Assembly: GCF_006345805.1 (NCBI RefSeq)
Contig: NW_021833052.1
Location: forward strand, 1 to 64,000
Length of the DNA: 64,000 nt
Direction: 5' to 3'
Source: Octopus sinensis
Taxonomy: Eukaryota
Below the pieces are notes generated by a model. The model was not told where the DNA came from and ran no database searches. It saw only the letters and a program-made list of their open reading frames with translations. Positions 27,204-40,100 of this stretch are shown piece after piece. Both the position numbers and the translations under genes were made by a program. How positions within the stretch are numbered: position 1 is the first letter of the stretch; each line of letters begins with the position of its first letter.

Positions 27204-27539
27204 AAAAAACCTGCTCATCTGCTGATATAGATTTATATCACTTATATAACAAAAACTGGAGGTGTGCTTTAGATCGACCACAGTCCAAGATGTTTATACA
27301 ACAGTTATTCCGTATCTTTTCTCCTTTTGATATTATTTCGTTTTGTCCTGTGTTATTTAATTATTTATTTGGTTTTGTTTTTTTAATAAGAAACCTTACA
27401 ATTTCTATGTTATTGACGTAACTTGTGAAAATGAAGTGATTTTCCACTCGTTTTAATTAAAATATTCCTTTCTGTGCCTGGTCTGCAATTATTGGCTCTT
27501 TGGAGATGTTAACCTAACAAACTGAATGACACACGTAAT

Positions 27540-30004
27540 TTAGTGTGTGTGCGTATGTGTGTGTGTGTGTGTGTCTGTGTGTGTGAGTATGTGTGTGCGC
27601 GCGTGTGCGTGAGTGTGTGTGTGTGTGTCTGTGTGTCTGTGTGTGTGAGTGTGTGTGTGTGTGTGTAGCACGCGCACCTTTGTCTAAGAGTGATCGTGAG
27701 TCTGTATGTATGTATGTATGTATGTATGTATGTATGTATGTATGTATGTATATATGTGAGTTTGCATGTATGTGGGTATATGTGCATTTGTGTGTATGTG
27801 TGAGCGTGTGTGTGTGTATGTGTGTGTGCACGCACACGTTTGTGTAAGTGTGATCATGAGTTTGTATGTATGTATATATGTATGTATGAATATGAGTTTG
27901 CATGTATGTGGGTATATGTGTATTTGTGTGTATGTGTATGTGTTTGCGTAAGATTTCGTGTGTACGAGTTTTGTGTGCCTGCATGTGTACCTGTGTATCT
28001 GTGTTCGTGTGTGTGTATGTGTGAGCGTGTGTGTGTAAGTGTGTATGCACGCACACGTTTGTGTAAGTGTGATCGTGAGTCTGTATGTATATATGTATGT
28101 ACGTATGTATGTATGTATGTGTGTGTATGTATATATGTGAGTGTGCCTGTATGTGTGTATCTGTGTACGTGTATGTATGTGTGATGGTGTGAGTTTTGTG
28201 TGTCTGCGTGTGTACCTGTGTATTTGTGTGTTCGTGTATGTGTGTATGTGTGTGTGAGCGTGTGTGTGTATGTGTGTAGGTGTGTGTATCTGACTGCATG
28301 CGTGATCGAGTGTGTTTCTTTGTGCCTTTGTGTGCGTATTTGCAATGTGCGTTGTGTGTCCGTGTGTGATTTTGAGTGTGTGTGTGTGTGTGTGTTCGTG
28401 TATATATGTATGCTCGTGGCAATGTGTGTGTTTGTGTATGTGTATATATGTGTTCGTGTATGTGCGTTTGTGTGTGTGAAGAATATTGTTTGTCCGAATG
28501 TGACTTCGTGCCATTCTTTGAGAGACAGACCGAGTTGCGCCATTATGTGTGTGTGTGGTGTGTGTGTGCATGTGTGGTTCATGTATGCATGTATGTATGT
28601 ATGTATGTGTGCGTATTTGTGTATATACGTGTGTGCATGCGTACTTTCCTCCATGTGCATCTCTGTATTAGAGAGTGTTGTGCAAATGATGCGTGTGTTT
28701 TCGTGTTAGAGAGATGAGGTGTGTGCGTGTGTGTATGTATGTGTGAGTGTGTGTGTGTGCGTATGTGCGCGCGAATGTGTGTGTGCGTGCGTATGTGTGT
28801 TCGTGTGTGTGTATGTGCGCGCACGCGTATATATGCGTGAGTGTGTGCATTTGTGTATGCGGTCGTGTGTGTGTTTTGTGCGTGCGTGTTTGTGCTTGCG
28901 TCTGAGTGTGCGTGTGTGTGCATACATGTATGTGCATGTGTGAGTGCGTGTGTATGTTTGTGTGTGCCCGCGCGTGTGTGCGTTTGCATTGTATGCATCT
29001 GTGTGTGCGTGTAGCCCAGTGTATGTATGTGCGTGTGTGTGAGAGTGTGAGTGTGTGTGAGAGAGAGAGTGTGAGTGAGTGTGTGTGTGTGTGTGTGTGA
29101 CTATGCGACCAGTATGGGAAATACATGTGTGTGTGTGTATGTGTGTATGTATGTGCGTGTGTGTGAGAGTGTGAGTGTGTGTGAGAGAGAGAGTGTGAGT
29201 GAGTGTGTGTGTGTGTGTGTGACTATGCGACCAGTATGGGAAATACATGTGTGTGTGTGTATGTGTGTGTATGTGTGTGTATGTGTGTGTGTATGTGTGT
29301 GTGTATGTGTGTGTGTGTATGTGTGTGAATGTGTGTGAGAGAGAGAGGTGGAGTGGAGTGGTGTGTGGTGTGTGTGTGACTATGCGACCAGTATGGGAAA
29401 TACATTGTGTGTGTGTGTATGTGTGTGTGTATGGTGTGTGTATGTGTGTGTGTATGTGTGGTGTGTATGTGTGTGTATGTGTGTGTATGTGTGTGTGTAT
29501 GTGTGTGTGTATGTGTGTGTGTGTATGTGTGTGAATGTGTGTGAGAGAGAGAGTGTGAGTGAGTGTGTGTGTGTGTGTGACTATGCGACCAGTATGGGAA
29601 ATACATGTGTGTGTGTGTGTATGTGTGTGTGTATGTGTGTGGTATGTGTGGTGTGTATGTGTGTGTGTATGTGTGTGTGTAGTGTGTGTGTGTATGGTGT
29701 GAATGTGTTGGAGAGAGAGAGTGTGAGTGAGTGTGTGTGTGTGTGTGTGACTATGCGACCAGTATGGGAAATACATGTGGGTGTGTGGTGTGGTGTGTGT
29801 GTATGTGTGTTGTGTTGTGTGTTGTGTATGTGTGTGTGTTGTGTGTGTAGGTGTGTGTGTGTATGTTGTGTGTATGTGTGTGTGTATGTGTGTGTGTATG
29901 TGTGTGTGGTATGTGTGTGAATGTGTGTGAGAGAGAGAGTGTGAGTGAGTGTGTGTGTGTGTGTGTGACTATGCGACCAGTATGGGAAATACATGTGTGT
30001 GTGT

Positions 30005-30053
<49 letters not shown>

Positions 30054-30997
30054 TGTGTATGTGTGTGTGTATGTGTGTGAATGTGTGTGAGAGAGAGAGT
30101 GTGAGTGAGTGTGTGTGTGTGGTGTGTGACTATGCGACCAGTATGGGAAATACATGTGTGTGTGTGTGTATGTGTGTGTGTATGTGTGTGAATGTGTGCA
30201 TGTTATTGCATATGTATACTCTTGTGTGTGTGATGTCTGTACACGTGTATGTTTATAAAAATGTGTGTGTGGTTCGTGTGTGTCGTTTAGTGTGTATGCG
30301 TGCGTGTGTATGAGTGTGAATGTGAGAGATTGTGTGTGCGTGTCTGGCTTGCGTGTGGCTAAGAGATAGGCTTTGTGGTTTACACGTGAGAGAAATATAG
30401 TACGGTGTGTGTCCGTGCAATTTTGAATGTGGATGTGAGTGTGCTTGCATTCATTTATGTATGTGTGTGCGGTTTTGCATGTGTGTATATGTATGTGTGT
30501 GTATGCGTGTGTGGTTTGTATGTTTTGGGTATTTATATGTCTGGCCAGCTTGTGCAAAAGGTGGTACGTATATGAGTATGTATGTATGTATGTATGTATG
30601 TATGTATGCATGTATGTATGTATGTATGCATGCATGCATGTATGTATGTATGTATGTATGTATGCATGTATGTATGTATGTATGTATGTATGTATGTATG
30701 TATGTATTTATGCATGTATGTGTGTGTATGTATGTGTGTGTATGTATAGACAGAAAAGGTGGTAAGTATATGTGTATTTTTGTATGCGTATGTATGTGTG
30801 TGTATGTGTATGCGAGTGTGAGTGTGTGAGTGTGTGAGTGTGTGTGTGTGAATATGTGACCAGTAGTGGAAATACATGTGTGTGAATATAAGCATACACA
30901 TTTGTATATGCGTGTATAGATTCGCAAATGGTGAGTTTCTACATACCTATGAAAGCATGTGTGTGTATGTGTGTGCGTGCGGGAGTGTACGTGTGTG
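27540..30997. repeat. Complex (TG)n/(TATG)n low-complexity region
   Basis: Direct reading; includes a local duplication (27670-27790 resembles 28050-28160). Confidence 0.93.
29099..30155. repeat. VNTR with an invariant 28-bp anchor GACTATGCGACCAGTATGGGAAATACAT and variable microsatellite spacers
   Basis: Exact anchors at 29099, 29221, 29378, 29579, 29749, 29967 and 30128; a degenerate eighth copy at 30850. Confidence 0.92.
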
Positions 30998-31002
30998 TGT
31001 GT

Positions 31003-31070
<68 letters not shown>

Positions 31071-31108
31071 TGTGGTGGTGGTGGTGGCTGTGGTGGTGGT
31101 GGTGGTGA

Positions 31109-31151
<43 letters not shown>

Positions 31152-31160
31152 TGTAGTAGT
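30998..31160. repeat. (AGT)n-(GGT)n-(AGT)n microsatellite
   Basis: Direct reading. Confidence 0.95.
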
Positions 31161-31289
31161 CAGGTATGACTGTAATACGTTTAAAGTGCGTGATAGGTTT
31201 TAAAATGTTACTGCAACACTTTACACCAAACTTGCGATCTAGTGGTTATATGTGCGCATGTGCGTGTGTTTGTGTAAGCGTATATGCTT

Positions 31290-31330
<41 letters not shown>

Positions 31331-31460
31331 TGTGTGTTTCTGGTTTCTGTGGAAGTGATTTTGTGTAGACAGGATCCATATTAAAGTGTAGTGTATCTTT
31401 GTGAATGGGTGCAATTCCAACGAGCAGTGATTTGTTGTAACAAATATACAAACGCGTTAA

Positions 31461-32080
31461 GGCGCTGAGCCAGCAGAATTATTAAGCACTCCAGCGCAAA
31501 GTGCTTAGCGCCATTTTGTCTGTGACTGCTTTCTGAATTCAAATTCCGCCGAGATTGACTTTGCCTTTCATCGTGTCGCGATCGATAAAATAAGCACCCG
31601 TTGAGCGCTGCGATCGATGTAATCGACCCATCCTCTTTCCTAAAATTGCTGACCTTGGGCCAAAATTTGAAACCAATATATTAATCTATTTGCGAGCTGG
31701 CAGAATTGTTAGAACCCCGGGCGAAATGCGTAGCAGTATTTCCTCTGTCGTTACGTTCTGTTGACTTTGTCTTTCATCCTTTCGGGGTCGATAAATTAAG
31801 TGCCAGCTACGCACTGGGGTCGATGTAATCGACTTAATCCGTCTGTCTGTCCTTGTTTGTCCTCTCTGTGTTTAGCCTCTTGTGGGTAGTAAAGAAATAG
31901 GTATTTCGTCTGCCGTTACGTTCTGAGTTCAAATTCCACCGAGGTCGACTTTCCTTTTCATCCTTTCGGGCTCGATTAAATAAGTACCAGCTACGCACTG
32001 GGGTCGATGTAATCGACTTATTGCCCTGTCTTTCCTTGTTTGTCCCCCTCTATGTTTAGCCCCCTAAAAAATAAAGAAAT
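31461..32080 (+). mobile_element. Three tandem SINE family D copies
   Basis: Copies at ~31461-31678, 31691-31900 and 31901-32080 share the ttcaaattcc...actttgcctttcatcc...gatgtaatcgac body. Confidence 0.85.
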
Positions 32081-32199
32081 ATTTATATACAGCAATGCCT
32101 CGATATACCAGTTAATTTGTTCCCGGAGACCACTCGAAAAGCAAAAGCTCGTAAAGTAGAGCTATAATTTCCCATTCTTTTATTCTTATATTCGTTTAT

Positions 32200-32353
32200 T
32201 TGTTTCAGTCATTTGACTGCAGCCATGCTGGAGCATCACCTTTAGTCGAGCAAATCGATCCTAGGGCTTATTCATTGTAAGCCCAGTACCTATTCTATCC
32301 GTGACTTTTGCCGAACCGCTAAGTTACAGGAACGTGAACACACCATCATCGGT
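32200..32353 (-). mobile_element. SINE family A, 3' half
   Basis: tgtttcagtcatttgactgcagccatgctggagc... followed by (TA)n at 32360-32553. Confidence 0.85.
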
Positions 32354-32384
32354 AATCGAACATACACACACGCACAACATATAT

Positions 32385-32430
<46 letters not shown>

Positions 32431-32477
32431 GCATATATATATACATATATATATACTACATATATATATATATATAT

Positions 32478-32556
<79 letters not shown>

Positions 32557-32909
32557 CAATACCTCACTTTACAAGGACCTGTTTCACAATAAAGAAAAGT
32601 CCTTCAAAAGTAGATATAAGGCTATTTGCGTAAAATATTGCACAATAAATAACGTCTTTTATAGTACATCTTATTTCCTGTTCACCGCAATAATTAATGT
32701 TGGACGCCATCTTGGATTTTGACCGCCATTTTTGATTTTCTCGCTGGCAATCATGCCTATCTTAAAGAGCATGTTTTAAACTATAGCTGTGCCAGATTGC
32801 ATATTTGTATTAACTTTTAAAGGATTTTTCTACAACCTTCTTCACTATTAAAACATTTTCTCTTCTTAAAATTCTGGCCATGAGAGAATAAAAAATTAGA
32901 AGAAAATCA

Positions 32910-33482
32910 TTAAAGTTCAAGTTTCGCCGAGGTCGAACTTGCCTTTTATACTTTCGGGGTCTATAAAATAAATACCAGCCAATTACAGGGTTCCATCTAA
33001 TCGACTATACTCCCCCCACCCACAAAATTACAGGCCTTGTACCTATAATAGAAAGACTTATAAAGGCAGTAAGGTGGCAGAATCGATTAGGTGTTGGATA
33101 AAACGCTTTGGAGCATTTCTTCCGGATCTTTACGCTGTGCGTTCAAATTCAGCCGAAGTCGACTATGCCTTTCATCCCTTTGCACACGATAAAATGAATA
33201 CCAGTTGGGCACTGAAATCGATGTAATCATCTTGTTCCTCGACAAGATGTCAACTCTTTCGAATAGTAGAAATAATTCTTTACACTTTAGACCCAAGATC
33301 CGAAATTTTGGTGGGAGGACATCGACTTCCAATGCCCGACTGGTACTTATTATAGCGACTGCGAAACGATGAAAGTAAAAGTCGACGTCAGCGACATTCG
33401 AACTCAGAATGTACAGACCTGCGAAACGCCACTAAGCATTTATTTTCTCCGTCGAGTTAACGATTCTGCCAAGATGCCGCCT
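32910..33482. mobile_element. Diverged SINE family D copies (32910-33060 +, 33063-33240 +, 33285-33482 -)
   Basis: Recognisable ttcaaatt...gccgaggtcgac and tggcagaatcg motifs. Confidence 0.75.
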
Positions 33483-33744
33483 TCAAATGGCACAAATGAT
33501 ATTTAGCCCCGTTGTGAACTGTGATAGATACGGTAGTTAAACATCGAGTATATTTTTTCTTGCTTTGATCAAAAAGAAGAGATCAATGTGTCTAGTTCAA
33601 TTATCTTCGTATCCTTCTTGCCTGCTCATGAAATGTCGGCTTTTCTCTTCTGATCATCCAGTGAAAAAAAAAAACTTCATGCTATTTATAAAATGCATAA
33701 ACTTGTATTAACCAAGGTTATTATAGACAGTCAGACAGACAGAA

Positions 33745-33759
33745 TGATAGATAGATAAG

Positions 33760-33843
<84 letters not shown>

Positions 33844-33871
33844 GAAATAGATAGATAGGTAGATAGATAGG

Positions 33872-33953
<82 letters not shown>

Positions 33954-33983
33954 GATAGATAGATAGATAGGTAGATAGATAGG

Positions 33984-34059
<76 letters not shown>

Positions 34060-34075
34060 GAGATAGATAGATAGA
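33745..34075. repeat. (GATA)n microsatellite
   Basis: Direct reading. Confidence 0.97.
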
Positions 34076-34627
34076 CTGCCTCAGTTTTATATACCGTATT
34101 TGCGGGCGTGTATCCGTGTGTGTTGTGTGTTTGTATGCATTTTATGTATATTCAAAAATCTTATAAACTTCTGTTATAGCTTTCTCTCATACTCTGTTTC
34201 TTCTTTTCTCCATAAAGCAGTGTATGAGCGCGCACGCGTATGTGTGTGGTTGCGCAGGTACGAGCCTGTGTGTGTATTCGATAGCATACTTTGGTGTATT
34301 CGTTTCGGCTCTGTACGCTCTGAGTTCGAATGGCACGAGGATTAAATTTGGTTTCCATCCTTTTGGAGATGATGGGAAAAAAAAATTAAGGAAAATAAGG
34401 GCCAGTCGAAGTCGAGGCCTATACATTGGCGGAAGTGTAAGAAAACCACATTCAACAGGATAGTTGCGGCACCTTTTCCAGCTCTGGGTATTCTGAGTTC
34501 AAATTCCATTCCATCACTGAAAAACGGCGACACTTTTGTCGGAGGCTGACAAACTAAGTGCAACAATTTGAAAAGATCATTGAGAATAGAAATTCCTTGG
34601 TTCCATCGGTATATCGACTGACATTCC

Positions 34628-34890
34628 TGTATGAATGTATGTATGTATGTATGTTTGTATATAAGTATGTATGTATGTATATAAGTATATATGTATGTAT
34701 GTATATAAGTATGTATGTATGTATGCATGCATGCATGTATGTATGTATGTATGTATGTATGTATGTATGCATGTATGTATGTGTGTATGTATGTATGTAT
34801 GTATGTATGTATGTATGTATGTATGTATGTATGCATGTACCTGTGCATGATTTCGAATTTCGAAGTGTATATATATATATATATATATAC
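34628..34890. repeat. (TATG)n and (TA)n microsatellites
   Basis: Direct reading. Confidence 0.92.
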
Positions 34891-35455
34891 AGGTGAGAAA
34901 GTTGGTGTGTGAAAGCACGTGGTTGGATGTATAAAAAATAGAACAGAGTGAAAAAACTACAGAAGACTTGTTTTAAAAGATTAAAGAATGTATTTAAGTC
35001 GTTATGTTAGAGAAATGTTAGAAAATTTCGTGTATAGTAACATAGTTTTTGGAGAAATAACCGGTTTCGTGTAAACTTTTCAAATTTCTCAAATGTCATA
35101 TCTTCGTTATGAAGTGCAAAGAAGAGTTCCAGGCAGGGGAAGGTAATCAGGGATTTCTTCCGGTATATTTTTTTCCTTTTCTTTTTTCAGTGTGATGAGT
35201 TTCTCTGTATATGAATGTTAGGATGGTTAAGTTCAGGCTTATATTTTTCAATGAAGAATGTTTCCTTGTTTAATCTAATTTGTGTTGGTGTTCCAATAGA
35301 ACATTGATAGAATGGAAAGATTAAATATTGTGGTAGTAGTTGCTTTGCACATTTCCCAACATGCTCACTAAAGGGTATCATTCTGTGTTCTGGGAATGCA
35401 ATCTGTTGTCGATGCAGAGTGCATCTGCGTCTGAGTGATGTACGTCTGACTGATG

Positions 35456-35459
<4 letters not shown>
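34891..35459 (-). mobile_element. Penelope-like element 3' fragment (C-terminal part of GIY-YIG endonuclease plus 3' trailer)
   Basis: Frame 35459->35187 reads SLRRRCTLHRQQIAFPEHRMIPFSEHVGKCAKQLLPQYLIFPFYQC...IRLNKETFFIEKYKPELN, matching the PLE pattern RxxxHRQQI...H...C...FPFY...RxxKExxFIxKxKPxLN; bounded by (TA)n on both sides. Confidence 0.8.
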
Positions 35460-35525
<66 letters not shown>

Positions 35526-35527
<2 letters not shown>

Positions 35528-35730
35528 TAAAAATAGGGTAAAGTAAAATAATTTACTTTACCATATACCGAGCTTTTTAGAAATAGCAGCCAAAAATTTG
35601 GCTATTTCTTCTACTGCAAGAAAAGTCTCCCAGACAATGCAGTAGAAGAAATAGCCAAATTTTTGGCTGCTATTTCTAAAAAGCTCGGTATGTGGTAATG
35701 TAAATTATTTTACTTTACCCTATTTTTATA
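35526..35730. repeat. Near-perfect palindrome: 93-bp arms, 19-nt loop
   Basis: 35526-35618 versus 35638-35730 with 2 mismatches; loop agaaaagtctcccagacaa. Confidence 0.95.
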
Positions 35731-35829
35731 AAGTAATAATTCAAATATACCGTAAATGGTCGTTTTACATACGAACACTGCTCGGTCAAATTAATTAATA
35801 ATTAATTAATTTTACCCTTTTTTATTGAC

Positions 35830-35831
<2 letters not shown>

Positions 35832-35884
<53 letters not shown>

Positions 35885-36070
35885 GTGTGTGTGTGTAAGT
35901 ATGTATGTATGTATGTATGTATGTATGTATATATGTATGTATGGTATGTATGTATGTATTATGTATGTACACACACACACATATACATATCTGCACGTAC
36001 ATATGCACATCTATATTTATAAACATGTTTGTCTTTCGGTGTGTGTATGTACGCATGTATGTATGCTTAT
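35832..36070. repeat. (TA)n/(TATG)n microsatellite
   Basis: Direct reading. Confidence 0.9.
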
Positions 36071-36120
36071 ATATATACGTATATTTGTGTTTACACATAT
36101 TATTCTAAATTATATTATAC

Positions 36121-36243
36121 TCTTTACTTGTTTCAGTCATGTGACTGTGGCCATGCTGGAGCGCCGCCTTTAGTCGAGCAAATCGAGCCCAGAACATATT
36201 CTTTGTAAGCCTAGTACTTATTCTATCAGTTTCTTTTGCGGAA
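36121..36243 (-). mobile_element. SINE family A 3' fragment
   Basis: ttacttgtttcagtcatgtgactgtggccatgctggagc... Confidence 0.85.
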
Positions 36244-36520
36244 ATTAAACAAATTAAAACTCCCAATAGGGGAGGCACTTTAAGGTCCTCGTTGAGAAAC
36301 CCACAAAAGCCACGGGTGCCTGGTCAACAGGGCAAGAGCCCCACTCCTTTAGTTCCCTTTTTTTTTTACATGTGCACGCTCAGAACTGGTCCTTTCACAC
36401 TGGCCATTCTTCCAGCATTCACCCACCTTTCAACAAACTTTCCACAAGGCAACACTTCACTCTCCACTTGAAGAAGTTGATGAGGGCTTGGCCAAAGAGA
36501 AAAGCTTCTGACTGACCTCG
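36241..36520 (-). mobile_element. LINE 3' end (probably L1/Tx1-like ORF2 C-terminus plus 3' UTR)
   Basis: Minus frame EAFLFGQALINFFKWRVK; the UTR segment (cccgtggcttttgtgggttt...cctattgggagtttt) also occurs on + at 54135-54380, ending in aataaa and (ATT)n. Clade assignment is from memory of similar octopus sequences. Confidence 0.55.
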
Positions 36521-37199
36521 GAAATATTGGAACCCATAAAGTGAAGACCCGAAGGAAATACTACAAAATATTTTATCTAATGCTCTAACGATTCTGCCAA
36601 CTACATGCGATGCCTACCGATCTCAATAAGTAATGTAAATGTTGAGCAGCTGTAAGCGTGTGTGTGTGTGAATGTTTCTATCATTATTATATGTGAGTGT
36701 GTGTGCATGTGGCTGTCTGTGTTTTTCTGTGTGTGTGTGTGTATGCATGCGTTAGAGTGGGTTTAATGGAACTCAAACGTGTGACAGTCATGATTAATAC
36801 TGAAATAATTTTAACATCAGCTCGAGCGATTATCAAGAATTAACGGCAATAATTCACGCATTTAATAATCACACTTCCTCTCGTTACCACCACTACGAAT
36901 GCTAAAACTACTACCACCACCAACACCAACACCACCACAACCACAACCATAATTATCACTAACACTATCAAGCTGAACCACCACTACTGCCACCACCATC
37001 ACCACCACCACTACTACCACCACCAAACCACCACCACCACTGCCATTATTACAAACATCCCTATTGACAAAACCATCATCATAATCTCCCATCATCTTCA
37101 TCATCGTCGTCATTGTAGTCGTCGTCGTCGTCGACGAGGTCATCATCATCATCATCATCATCACCATCAGAAACAACACCAACATCACTAGTTCGCTTG

Positions 37200-40100
37200 A
37201 GCTATCACCACCATGTCACAACCGGCATCACCAACAGAACCATCGCCACGGCTGATACCGTCACCACCACCACCACCACCAAAAACAACAGCATCGTCAA
37301 CAACAACAACACAAGCAACAACAATACCACCATTAAAATCCTCAGCAATATCCATCAAAATAACTAGTCATCACTACCACCATACTATTCAAAGCATCAC
37401 CAACACTACCATCACCAACACCACCGACACCATCACCAACACCACCATCACTACCACCACTAACACCATCACCATCACCATCACCACAAAACCAAACCAT
37501 CACCAACACCACCAGAACACCATCCACCATCACCATCACCACCATCCACCAACACCACCAACACCATCACCATCATCACCAACACCACATCACCACACCA
37601 CCAACACCACCAACACCACCACCACCATCACCAACACCATCACCACATCACCATCACCATCAACCACCATCACCAACACCACCACCCATCACCATCACCA
37701 TCACCACCATCACCAACACCACCAACAACCACCACCACCATCACACAACACCATCACCACCATCACCAACACCACTAACACCATCACCATATCACCAACA
37801 CCACAACACCATCACCATCACCCCATCACCATCACCATCACATCACCACCACCACCATCACCAACACCACCAACACCACCAACAACCACCAACCCACGAC
37901 CACCATCACCACCACTAACAACCATCACCATCACCATCACCAGATCACCAACACCACCACACCACACCACCATCACCATCACCATCACCATCCCACCATC
38001 ACTACCACCACTAACCCCATCACCATCACCATCACCACCATCACCAACACCACCAACACCATCACCATCACCATCACCACCATCACCAACACCACCAACA
38101 CCATCACCATCACCATCACCACCATCACCAACACCACCAACACCACCACCACCACCACCACCATCACCAACACCATCACCACCATCACCATCACCATCAC
38201 CACCATCACCAACACCACCAACACCATCACCATCACCATCACCACCATCACCAACACCACCAACACCACCAACACCACCACCACCATCACCAACACCATC
38301 ACCACCATCACCATCACCATCACCACCATCACCACCATCACCAACACCACCAACAACACACCAACACCACCACCACCATCACCATCACCATCACCATCAC
38401 CACCATCACTACCACCACTAACCAACCATCCCACCATCACCACCATCACCAACACCACCAACACCATCACCATCACCATCACCACCATCACCAACACCAC
38501 CAACACCAACACCATCACCATCACCCATCACCATCACCATCACCACCATCAAACCACACCACCAAACACCACCAACACCACCACCACCATCACCAACACC
38601 ATCACCACCATCACCACCCATCACCACCATCACCAACACCAACACACCATCACCATCACCATCACCACCACACCAACACCAACCACCACCAACAACCACC
38701 ACCACCATCACCAACACCATCACCACCACCATCACATCACCATCACCACATCACCACCATCACCAACACCACCAACACCACCAACACCACCACCCACCAT
38801 CACCATCACCATCACCAACACCACCATCACTACCCCACTAACACCATCACCATCACAACACACCACCATCACCAACACCACCACACCACCACCACCACCA
38901 CACCACCACACCATCACCACCATCACCGCCCACCACACCATCACCACCATCACCAACACCACCAACACCATCACCATCACCATCACCACCATCACCAACA
39001 CCACCAACACCACCAACACCACCAACACCATCACCATCACCATCACCACCATCACCAACACCACCAACACCATCACCATCACCATCACCACCATCACCAA
39101 CACCACCACACCACCAACACCAACCACCATCACCAACACCACAACCCCACCATCACCATCACCATCACCACCATCACCAACACACCAACAACCATCACCA
39201 TCACCATCACCACCATCACCAACACCACCAACCACCACCACCACCATCACCAACCCATCACCACCATCACCAACACCACTAACACCATCACCATATCACC
39301 AACACCACCAACACCATCACCATCACCACCATCACCATCACCATCACCACCATCACCAACACCACCAACACCACCAACACCACCAACACCACGACCACCA
39401 TCACCACCACTAACACCATCACCATCACCATCACCATATCACCAACACCACCAACACCACCACCACCATCACCATCACCATCACCATCACCACCATCACT
39501 ACCACCACTAACACCATCACCATCACCATCACCACCATCACCAACACCACCAACACCATCACCATCACCATCACCACCATCACCAACACCACCAACACCA
39601 CCACCACCATCACCATCACCATCACCATCACCACCATCACTACCACCACTAACACCATCACCATCACCATCACCACCATCACCAACACCACCAACACCAT
39701 CACCATCACCATCACCACCATCACCAACACCACCAACACCACCACCACCATCACCAACACCATCACCACCATCACCATCACCATCACCACCATCACCACC
39801 ATCACCAACACCACCAACCCCACAACACCACCACCACCATCACCATCACCATCACCAACACCACCATCACTACCACCACTACCACACCACCACCATCACC
39901 ACCACCATCACCAACACCACCAACACACCACACCACACACCACCACACCAACACCAACACCATCATCCACCATCACCATCACCATCACCACCATCACCAA
40001 CACCACCAACACCATCACCATCACCATCACCACCATCACCAACACCACCAACCCACAACACACACCAACACCATCACCATCACCATCACCACCATCACCA

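Noticed and set aside
29099-30155. CRISPR array
   Set aside because: The spacers are related microsatellites of 94-190 bp rather than unique ~30-40 bp sequences, there are no cas genes, and the context is eukaryotic.
34342-34640. Possible minus-strand exon (ECQSIYRWNQG...IPRAGK)
   Set aside because: It overlaps a SINE-D B-box motif (ttctgagttcaaattcc), the splice sites are weak, and no homology was recognised.
37213-38421. 402-aa Pro/Ser/Thr-rich extensin/mucin-like CDS
   Set aside because: It lies entirely in the low-complexity array, drifts between repeat frames, and has no signal peptide or unique domain. Kept only as a caveat in the findings.
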